Shown here: positions 11,696-22,164 of the stretch, piece after piece
How the letters are laid out: each line of letters begins with the position of its first letter
Numbering within the stretch: position 1 is the first letter of the stretch
Origin: Octopus vulgaris
Lineage: Eukaryota
Direction of reading: 5' to 3'
Assembly: GCA_951406725.2 (NCBI GenBank)
Contig: OX597832.1
Span: 53,940,001-54,004,000, forward strand
DNA length: 64,000 bases
The notes under the pieces: generated by a model
The model's database searches: none
What the model was told of the DNA's origin: nothing
Seen by the model: only the letters and a program-made list of their open reading frames with translations
Program-made: the position numbers and the translations under genes

Positions 11696-13737
11696 ATATA
11701 TTTCAAAGCAATGTGAATAGTTAAGCATTACCTTTGACAGAGTAATCTAAATGCTAAAAGGCTGAAGAGTATCAACAGTGTAAAGTGCAACAATGCAGGC
11801 AAATAAAGACTTGTGTCTCTTCTCCTCATTGCGACATCTTTCATGTGCCCTCACAAATTAAACAAAATCCAAAATGGTAGAATTTCCTTGTAACAGAGCC
11901 ACAGTGTACCTTGGCAGCTATAATGGAAAGTTCACTCGTTTTCAGGTTTTTATTCTTTTCATTTACTTGTTTCAGTCATTTGACTGCGGCCATGCTGGAG
12001 CACCACCTTGAAGGGTTTTAGCCAGACAAATTGACCCAGCACTTATTCTTTGTAAGCCTAGTACTTATCCTATTAATCTCTTTTGCTAAACTGCTACATT
12101 ATGGGGATGTAAACACACCAACACCGGTTGTTGCATGACATAACCGATTGAGATGAAATCATCGCAGATAGAACTTTTCGGAATGACCCCCGCAGCCGAC
12201 GCTCTGGAGCAGGAGTGAAGAACAGCTCTTTCGAGAGGTTACACTTTCCACTTATGATGTTAAAACTAGTGTTCTGTACTGCTACAGTATGGTCACATTT
12301 GAAACCCATGGTGATTTGGAGGTTGGGAACACGAGTTGTGTGAAGAATGTGAAGTGGCTTGCTGAAGAGTGTAGTTTTTGGTCACCCACTTAACTGCTTT
12401 TACATGTGCAAGAGGTGACTCACATCTGCTGCCAGTGAGAGTAAGTGTAAAAATAGAGGAACACTGACGAGTCAGCAAATGTGAAGTGCTACATGATTTA
12501 GATGAAGGGGTGGGTGGGGTGGGGTGGTGGTGCAGCATTCGATATCTTTGAATAAGCAGGAGTCATGTGCAGTGTGGTGATACGAGATAACAGTTAGGTT
12601 CAGAGGTGAGATCTTTTATCATTTATTTGTTTCAGTCATTGGAATGTGGCCATGCTGGAGCACCAGCCTGAAGGATTTAGTTGAAGAAATGAAACCAAGG
12701 TTTTTTTCTTAAGCTTGTGTGGTAAGTAGCCTTCTAACCAACCACATGGTTCCGGGTTCAGTCCCACTGCGTGGCATCTTGGGCAAGTGTCTTCTGCTAT
12801 AGCCCCGGGCCGACCAATGCCTTCTGAGTGAATTTGGTAGACGGGAACTGAAAGAAGCCTGTTGTATATATGTATATATATGTATGTGTATGTGTTTGTG
12901 TGTCTGTGATTGTCCCCCTAGCATTGCTTGACAACCGATGCTGGTGTGTTTATGTCCTCGTCACTTAGCAGTTCGGCAAAAGAGACCGATAGAATAAGTA
13001 CTGGGCTTACAAAGGATAAGTCCCAGGGTCGATTTGCTCAACTAAAGGTGGTGCTCCAGCATGGCTGCAGTCAAATGACTGAAGCATGTAAAAGAGTAAA
13101 AGAGAGTATTCTAATCGGTTTCATTTGCTGGAACTGTAAAGATACAGGGATGTAAACAAACCAATACTGATTGTCAAGCAGTGGTAGGGAGACAAACTCA
13201 AAGACATATACACACACACACACACACATACATATATGATGGGCTTCCACAGAGTTTCAATCTACCAAATCTACTCATAAAACACTGATGAGCTCAGAGC
13301 TTTAGCAGAACACACTTAAGGTACCAAGCCATGGGATTAAACCCATAACCATGTGATAGCAAAGCAAGCTTCTTAACTACACAAACATGTCTATGCCTAT
13401 ATATGATGATGATCATCATCATTGTTTAACGTTTGTTTTCCATGCTGGCATGGGTTGGACGGTTTCACTGAGGTCTGGAGAGCCAGGAGGCTGCACCAGG
13501 TTCCAATCTGATCTGGCAATGCTTCTACAGCTGGATGCCCTTCCTAATGCCAACCACTCTGAGAGTGTAGTGGGTGCTTTTTACATGCCACCGGAACAAG
13601 AGCCAGTCAGGTGGGCCTGGTATCAATCACGTTTGGATAGTGCTTTTTATGTGCCACCAGCATGGGAGCCAGTCAGTGGGTACTGACATCGGTCACATTT
13701 GGATGGTGCTTTTTACATATCTATCTATCTATATTTA

Positions 13738-13952
13738 TTGGGTTGTCCAGAAAGTTTGTGCCAATTTGTAAAGGAAAGAAAAAGTTCAATAAATACTTAC
13801 CATTACATTTTTAATCAACCAAATATGAACCATTTTGTTGCATAATGCATCTCCTTTAACTTGAAAATACCCTCTTCCCAGAATTGAGGTGCCTGGGAGG
13901 GTAAGTCGAAAGGTAAGCTACTATAAATCGGCACGAACTTTCTGGACAACCC

Positions 13953-13954
<2 letters not shown>
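13738..13954 (-). mobile_element. Mariner-derived MITE, same family as 6529-7095
   Basis: Same TIRs, with only fragments of the transposase 3' end retained. Confidence 0.85.
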
Positions 13955-13991
<37 letters not shown>

Positions 13992-14125
13992 TTTATTTAA
14001 AGCAGCAGAAAATTCAACAAAACCTGTTACTCTGAGTTTCCCGTTGCCGTTCTTCTTAATGGGCTCAGCACTGGTATTTGAGTACTCTTTTTTCCACCTT
14101 GTTTCACATTTATGTGTTTACTCCG

Positions 14126-14162
<37 letters not shown>

Positions 14163-14857
14163 CATTGTCATCATCAACATGCCTGTTTCCCATGCTGGCA
14201 TGAGTTGGGTGGCTTGACTGTACTTGGCAAGGCCAGGAGCCACACCAGGATTCAATAGCTGGTTTTGGCTTGCTTTCTATGGCTGGATGCGCTTGCTATC
14301 GCCAACCACTTTACAGAGTGTACTAGGTCATTTTTTACATGACACCATCACCAATGCTTTTTACATGACACCATCATTGCTTGGCACCTTGGTTTTAAGA
14401 TCTCAATTCTATATGTGGTGGACAGGTCACGATAAAAATTGCTAGAGTTTAAGACTGCTCTATAATTGGTTCCAAGACCAGCAGCATTTGTTACGGCAGA
14501 AATATGAGAGCCGAAAATGGTGGTGAACACGAAAGTCTCCAAGAAAACAATTTCAGAGAGATGCAATGTGAGATGATCAAATAGTCTCTGATGGCAGGTT
14601 TGTTTTCAACAGAAGTGCAAAAGGTAAATGAATTTAGAAGTGAGAAAATGAGACTTTGAGCAAGAGTAACTGGAAGTCTTTGTTGATGATAACCAAGTGA
14701 AAGAAAAATGCAAGTCATATTCAGAGTTGATTCCATAGAAACATAAATGCTATTTTTCAGAGTGAAATTTGAAGAGGACAGCAGAAATGGATTACAGAGG
14801 TGACTTCTTTTACATGCAGTCTACCACAGTACCTGTAGTCTATGCTGTGAAATGACC

Positions 14858-14955
14858 GGATCTAAGTTAGGATTAGGTTTAGGGTTGGGGTTAGGTTAGG
14901 GTTTAGAGTCAGGTTTTAGTGTCAGGAATTAGGATGATGGTTAGAGTTAGGGTTA
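14858..14955 (+). repeat. Degenerate interstitial TTAGGG-like tract
   Basis: TTAGGATTAGGTTTAGGGTTGGGGTTAGGTTAGGG...TTAGAGTTAGGG. Confidence 0.6.
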
Positions 14956-15702
14956 CACCGCATCTTAAAGTGTGGGGGCGAGGTGCACTGCATGCTTAAG
15001 TGGAACCTTAGAGAAAGTACTTAATACTGACTTATGCCCCATTCTGAAGTAACTCTTGACTCATTGGTGGAGGGGGAGGTCATGGCAAGATTTTGGAGGA
15101 GTGGGGTGGAGTGGTGGAGGTTACATCAGAATGAAATGGACGTAACTTTTAACTGAAACCTTTTTCCATGTTCAGCATTCAATGTATTCACCTCAAGCAT
15201 CACCTCTGTTCACCTGTCATTCTCCTTTCACACTCTCATGGACTTACCTACCTACTCATCCTCTCCACTCTCCCTTCACCATTTATATTCACTTCCCTGT
15301 AAATTGAGGGTATGTCCTGACACAGCTTCACAACCCTCCTCTGTTTTCCCTAACTGGGGTAACCATATAACCTCCACAGCAAGACACTTGTTCACGTCCC
15401 TTTATCATATTTTAACCACTCAACACCCGGCATCAACCGCATAAAGCCACCTCTGTCAATGCTACACCCAACTTGGTTGAGTGGGGTCTTGTTTTGCAAG
15501 CTTTACTAGAACTGGTACCATGTAAAAAAAAAAAAAAAAAAAAGCACCAAAGACACTGGGAAGTGGTTGCTATTAGGGAGGATAACCTGACATAGAAACC
15601 AAGCCAAAGCAGACACTGAGGCTTGGCACCATCCTCTGGCTTGCAGGCTCCTGTGGAAATGTCCAACTCATGCTAGCACAGGAAACAGATATTAAATGAT
15701 GT

Positions 15703-15759
<57 letters not shown>

Positions 15760-15884
15760 ACATGTAAGACGATAACCACTAAGAGGACATCCATTATGCT
15801 AGGAGTAGACTCCCTATGGTCTTACAACGAAGAAAAGATTGTTCTCAAGAAAATACAGCAAACGCCAGAACATAAGCGAGGGGA

Positions 15885-16600
15885 TAAGTCAAATACATCG
15901 ACTCCAATATTCAACTGGTACTTATTTTACTGACCCCGAAAAGATGAAAAGTGGATCACGAAAGAAATTGAACTCAGAACATAACGATGGACGAAATGCC
16001 TATTTCTTTACTACCCAGTGGAGGCTAAACACAGAAAGGACAAATAAGGACACACAAACGGATTAAGTTGATTATATCGACCCAGTGCGTAACTGGTACT
16101 TATTTAATCGGCCCCAAAAGGATGAGAGGCAAAGTCGACCTCGGCAGAATTTGAACTTAGATCGTAAAGACAGACGAAATACCTATTTCTTTACTACCCA
16201 CAAGGAACTAAACACAGAGAGGACACACAAGGACAGACAAACGGATTAAGTCGATTATATCGACCCCAGTGCGTAACTGGTACTTAATTTATCGACTGCG
16301 AAAGGATGAAAGGCAAAGTCGACCTCGGCGGAATTTGAACTTAGAACGTAACGGCAGACGAAATACCTATTTCTTTACTACCCACAAGGGGCTAAACACA
16401 GAGGGGACAAATAAGGAAGGACAGACAAACGGATTAAGTCGATTACATCGACTCCAGTGCGTAACTGGTACTTATTTAATCGACCCCGAAAGGATGAAAG
16501 GCAAAGTCGACCTCGGCGGAATTTGAACTCAGAACGTAGCGGCAGACGAAATGCCGCTAAGCATTTCGCCAGCGTGCTTATGATGCTGTCAGCAGGCGGC
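15885..16600 (-). mobile_element. SINE family B multimer (3-4 body units)
   Basis: Head-to-tail ~175-bp bodies are joined at AAGAAAT|AGGTATTTCG on the minus strand. Confidence 0.8.
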
Positions 16601-18283
16601 TACACTCATATGCAAAATATTGTTGTATGAGACTGTAAAAAGCCGGTAATGACCGAAGACAATAGCTCAGGGGCGGGCAGGATGGCTGACATTTCAAGCA
16701 ATGATCCCTTATCTACTAAATGAAACGAGGACTGTTTTCATGCGTCATGTTAATTAACAGATAAAAATAGAAAGCCGAGTTACAAGTCGGGACGTGAGAT
16801 TCTGATATTATGCAAATAATTTTAACTGGCATAAATGATACGGTCCTTGTCAAATACGCTCTTTCACAGGTGTTAATTATCAGAAAGTCAGCTTGTTTTC
16901 ATTATTAAATTCTATATCTTTTACTATTAGCTATACTAACACGCCCTTAATTGAAAACACACGGGCACACACTTTCGAAGGCCGTTTTCCTTTTAATTAT
17001 TTTTTTAAAGGTTTCGTCAGAGAAAAGGGACAATGTTCGTGATCTTTTTCGTGTTCTCCGTATAAGATAGAAAGCAAGGAAGGATTTATCGCCAAAGCGG
17101 AGATCCAGCTCGAATGCTTAAAGTCAAAACCTCGGAAATATTTATGTAAAATATTAAAAGTGAAGACGACTGAAAACTATTTTGATAAAAATCTCGTATA
17201 AACAGAAGGGGATACGGCCGAATCACACAGCTTTTGGGAAAATTTCCAACAATAAAAAACAATTTGAAAATCATGTTAAATTAATTTGTAACTCTAGGAT
17301 GTTACAACTAAAATATATAAAAGTAATATCGAGTATTGCGACATAAAAAAAAAAACTATTCTTTTTTTTTGTATAATTAAATACATCTTGGGTCAACAAA
17401 ATGCTTGGTTTAAAATCAGAAACACCCGTAAGAAAACACGTATACAAATGCTTGGGTCAACAAAATGCTTGGTTTAAGATCAGAAACACCCGTATACAAA
17501 TGCTTGGAAACAAATTTTGACAATCTAAGTTATTTATAGTTCGAAAAATGCGCGTATTTGAAAAGTAAGGAAATGTAGCACAATTGAGTGAGAGTTCAAC
17601 CTGACAATTGTCAGGCTAACATGACATGTGTTACACACGATACGGTACCTGGGTGTATACGAAGTACCTACCACTGAGATGCAAGTCATCTTTGAAACAA
17701 CGTAATTATCTCAATCCCCATTCTGTAGAATGAGTGTTCTCTATAGCAGAACTTCAGCTTAACCAAAGTCATGAGGAATAAACTTTGATAGACGGAAAAC
17801 ACGTGGAAGTTCCGTATTTACTGTTAGGTAAGAGAGTAGGCTTAAGTCAGTCCTCGTTTTAACTACTATAACTGGCTGTAAGGACAACCTTCACCTACTT
17901 AGCCTGATAAGGAGCCACGGGCGCCCGTTACTAATTAAATCATAAAACAATAATAATTATTATGGGTTTCTGATTTCAGTGTAAGGCCAGCAATTTTGAG
18001 AGGTGGATTTAAGTCGATTTCATCGATCGAATGATCGATACTTTATTTTATAGGGCCCAGAGGGATGAAAGATGAAGTTGATCTCGGCGTGACAGAATCG
18101 AAAGAAATACCGCAAAAAAAATTATTTCGACGCGATAATTCTTTCAAAATTTTTGCACAAGGCCGGCAGTTCTGAGGGGATGTGGAAGCCGTTTACATTG
18201 ACCCCAGTGTTTAACTGGAACATGATTTTATCAACCCCGAAAGAATGAAAAACTAAGTAGACCCCGACCATATTTGAACTCAG

Positions 18284-18649
18284 GGCGATCTTTCGTCTCT
18301 AGTAGACCTTTCCGTCGATTTCCGTAAAATTTTTTTTTTTTCACATATGGGCTTGCGGGAACTTTTGAAGTAATGAGAGCGAAAGAGACTAAGAGAAAGC
18401 GATTGTATGACGAGGGAAGTTCTTTTGAAGTTACCGTGCATGTGAAGCATTGATGTACATGTGTGTGTGTGTGTGTGTGTTTGATGGGGTGTGCACGGTA
18501 ACTTCAAAAGAACTTCCCTCGTCATACAATCGCTTTCTCTTAGTCTCTTTCGCTCTCATTACTTCAAATGTTCCCGCAAGCCCATATGTGAAAAAAAAAA
18601 AATTTTTACGGAAATCGACGGAAAGGTCTACTAGAGACGAAAGATCGCC
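18284..18649. mobile_element. Foldback MITE with ~157-bp TIRs and 8-bp TSD (Merlin- or MULE-like)
   Basis: GAACTCAG|GGCGATCTTTCG...CGAAAGATCGCC|GAACTCAG. Arms are 18284-18440 and 18492-18649, and it is inserted into a degraded family-B SINE. Confidence 0.92.
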
Positions 18650-19499
18650 GAACTCAGAATATAAAGAACCGGAACAAACGCCGTTAAACATTTTGTCCGA
18701 TGCGCTAACGATTCAATAAAAAAAAAAAAAAGAATTATAATTGGCACAGGGCCAGCAATTTCGAGGGGTGAAAATCAATTACATCGATCCCAGTACTCAA
18801 AGCGTACTTATTTTATCACCGCCAAAAGAATGTAAGGCAAAGTCGATCTCGGTGGAATTTGAACTCAGGATGTAAAAGAACCGGAAGAAATGCCGCCAAT
18901 CATTTTGTCCGACGCGTTAACGATTCAATGATGACGACAATAATAATCTTAATAAGAGACAAGGTGGCGTGCTAGAGGCCGGAATGGTTCCCAAAGACAT
19001 CGACCACTGGACAGACCTATTTGACAAAGAGCCGGAGATATTCGATAGCATCATCGGACATAATATCGCACCTCGGAGCCGGTGTCCGTGTAACAGACTG
19101 TACCATCGTAGAACGATTTCTCATTCATCACTCGTTTAAGAAACTGGAAATATTAATTTACTCCGCAGATATTTTCCGGGAGTTAAACTACATTTAAGCA
19201 AAAAAATTCTGTATGGCTTAAAATTTTCTTTTTCTTTTATTACGAAATATCAACAAGCATTGCAGCACTTTAAAAAAAAAAATATTTTCTTAATTAAAAA
19301 ATATGCCAAGGTTCATAACAAAAAGGTAAACTTGAAATCTGACACTAGATTTTACGTTCTAAGATATATTTCACCTTGTTCAGTATTTTTGTTACATAAC
19401 AGATAAAAAAAAATCTTTAAAAAAAAAAAAGAAAAAGCTCGCCCAAAGGGAATAAAATAATATTAAAAATGATAAAGAAAACAAAAGTATTGTACTTAC

Positions 19500-19743
19500 A
19501 TGTTTTGAAAGAAATATTCGGGTCGTTGGTGCCATAAATTTTCAACATTGGCACATAAATGATTCCATATGAGTTCAGAATCCCAAATACTAAACCATTA
19601 ACCCAAAGTGATGCAATACATACGACCCAACCCCATCCCCCATCCGGGGGAACAAATCCAAGTTCCTCACGATGAGGTCTTGTAGAAGGTTCACCCCGCT
19701 TTTTCTGGTTATCACAGTCTTTTGGTTTTAAATCGCTGGTCAT
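19500..19743 (-). CDS. First coding exon of an SLC16 monocarboxylate/aromatic amino acid transporter (MCT10/MCT8-like, MFS)
   Basis: MTSDLK...FVPPDGGWGWVVCIASLWVNGLVFGILNSYGIIY...ISFKT contains the SLC16 signature PPDGGWGW plus TM1. The end matches MCT10 FKTAWVGS. A canonical phase-1 donor ACAT|GTAAGT lies at 19500/19499, so the ORF extension to 19417 is intron read-through. Confidence 0.92.
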
Positions 19744-20050
19744 AATTACTGTAATTATATAATATCGAAATAAAGGGTCTAGTACAGTAATTCACCGATT
19801 GTCAGATTCTTAGAAGCCACTAGAATCATTACAGAAAAATATGTATAAAATATAAGGGCTTTTTTTTTTTCCGAGGGAGATTATTTTAAATATTACTATT
19901 AAAAGAGTTTTAAAAGGTGTCAAAAATTGTAGAATATTATATATGTTTATCGTGGTTCGAATCAGCAGTGAGTTGAAGTCGTTGTTCTCTGATATTGCTA
20001 CACATCTATGGTTGGTAATATCTCCAAGAAAGGTAGAGTCATTTTATCAC
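19744..20050 (-). other. Putative 5' UTR part of the SLC16 exon, with acceptor at 20051/20050
   Basis: The minus strand reads CTTTTCTTCTTTCGTTTAAG|GTG, a polypyrimidine tract plus AG. Candidate upstream donors are CAG|GTGAGG at 20709 and GC|GTAAGA near 20632. Confidence 0.5.
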
Positions 20051-20559
20051 CTTAAACGAAAGAAGAAAAGGATTATTAGAGAACTTGTATGGTTATATTG
20101 GAACTTTTAAAAGATAATCTTTAAATAAAAAGTATTTTAAAAGAAACTGTCCGAGATAATAAAGTCTGGAAGTTCGATCGCACAGCGATGATTTGGCGAT
20201 AAAAATATATGGTTGATCGGAAACTGGGATAGATTTCAAAGGAGAAATATTAAAGAATATTAAAGAAACAAAATTAAATTAAAACGTATTTTAAAATATG
20301 TAATGGATTAAACAAAAGAAATAACTAAACACAAATTATGAAGTAACTTATGAATGGAGAAAGAGCGAAATATATGAATAAAATTTCATTCATAAAACAT
20401 TCTTTTCTCTCTCGCTTTTTGAGTTTAAATTTTTTTTACACACATCGGCAGAAAATCCTGACCATATGTCCAGAAAGGTGGAACAATTTTCTCAGTCGCC
20501 GTACATTTTTAAAAGAAGGTAATTAAACAAAGATATAAGTATTCTCCTTTATCAGCGAA

Positions 20560-21380
20560 GATACCAACTTTCATACCCGGCGGGCGAGAAGCAGTGACTT
20601 CTATCTAAATCCTCTGAATAAATAAATCTTACGCAACAGCCTCAGCAATTTCAAATTCGGTTTATGTTACCCCTAAGTTCTATAATATATTTCCTCTTCT
20701 CTCCTCACCTGTTAAATAGAATCTTTCTGAAGCCGGCAATATGTTTCTCCTTTTAAATAGTCGTAAAGAGATCCGCTATATCTTCACTCCATCTGTCTAT
20801 CATCTCCCTGCAAAACAGAGCGATGCCAACTCCGTCATCTGAAGCGCAACAACCACTTTACTCCTACTCCTCCTCCTACTCCTTCGTCCTCCTACCCCCT
20901 CCGCCTTCGTCTCAATCAATCATCCCCCCCCTCACCACCACCACAATCACTCTCTTTCCTCTAACTTCCTCCACTCTTTGTTCTATCACCTTATCTATCT
21001 TTTTCGCCTTTTTCCACTCTCTCGTTCTCCCCCTCTCTCCTTCTCTGTCTCTCTCCCGTTCTTTTCCTCTCCTTCACTATCTCGTTCTTGCCCTCTCTCT
21101 GTCTCTGTCTCTCTCTCTCATCCTCCTCTCTCTTTCCCGTTCATTCCCCCTTCCCTCTTCAAATAGCTATTTCTCTTCCCCCCTTCGCTCTATTTCTTTC
21201 TCTCTCTCTCTATCACTTTTGCTTTCTATCTTATTCTTTGTTTTTCCTACTTTCTTCCTTCCTTTTTACTCTCACGTTTCCTCTCATTTCTGTCTTTCTA
21301 TTTCGTCATTTTCCCCTTCCCTTCCTATAATTTCCCCCCATTTCTCCTTATTTAAATATAAACCTCTTCTTTTCCTCTAT
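20560..21380 (-). promoter_or_regulatory. Putative promoter / non-coding first exon region of the SLC16 gene
   Basis: Unique sequence free of recognisable TEs and retaining CpG, followed by a ~500-bp CT/GA-rich tract directly upstream of the coding exon. This is inference only. Confidence 0.4.
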
Positions 21381-21815
21381 ATCCCTTCAATGTACACATA
21401 GACCTGCTAGAAATCGCAGCCAAATCTCCTCTTAATTATAACCTGCCGTCTTAAAACAAAACATTGAATAGTTTTTTTTTTCTTTTTTTTTTTTCTTATG
21501 GTAGACCATATCTGAAAAAGTCAAGATGGCCATGGCCGGAACACCTGTGACTATAGGGTCTGCTCGATCGACCCAGAAAAGCTAAGACAAGACAACAACG
21601 GCAGCGACACATTTCCCTTCTTTGAAAATATCCTATATGATTGTGATTCTATTTCTTTTAACATTAAACGATTTGAACGAGCAGAAATGAGAAACCGCGA
21701 GCTTTATATGACTGGTTGTTAGAATTGCTGAAACGAAAAGAAATAAAAATAATAATAAAACAGCATGAAACCAGCTAACAGTGTAACAAGTAGTCGTTAA
21801 TATTGATAATACCGC

Positions 21816-21903
<88 letters not shown>

Positions 21904-21948
21904 TATATATATATGTATATATATATATATATATCGGTATTATCAATA

Positions 21949-21991
21949 TTTCTTTCTTAAAGAAATTAAGTCGTCATCTAACAATATATTG

Positions 21992-22045
<54 letters not shown>

Positions 22046-22088
22046 CAATATATTGTTAGATGGCGACTTAATTTCTTTAAGAAAGAAA
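21949..22088. repeat. Palindrome centred on (TA)n
   Basis: TTTCTTTCTTAAAGAAATTAAGTCGTCATCTAACAATATATTGCTTA, then (TA)n, then its reverse complement with one mismatch. Confidence 0.9.
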
Positions 22089-22110
22089 CTCATCGGGGTT
22101 TTATTATTGT

Positions 22111-22164
<54 letters not shown>

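Noticed and set aside
19417-19499. Hydrophobic C-terminal extension of the 108-aa ORF
   Set aside because: It lies past a canonical GTAAGT donor and is T-rich intron read-through.
20823-21401. 192-aa S/L/P/F-rich ORF
   Set aside because: Translation of a CT-rich low-complexity tract with no domain signal.
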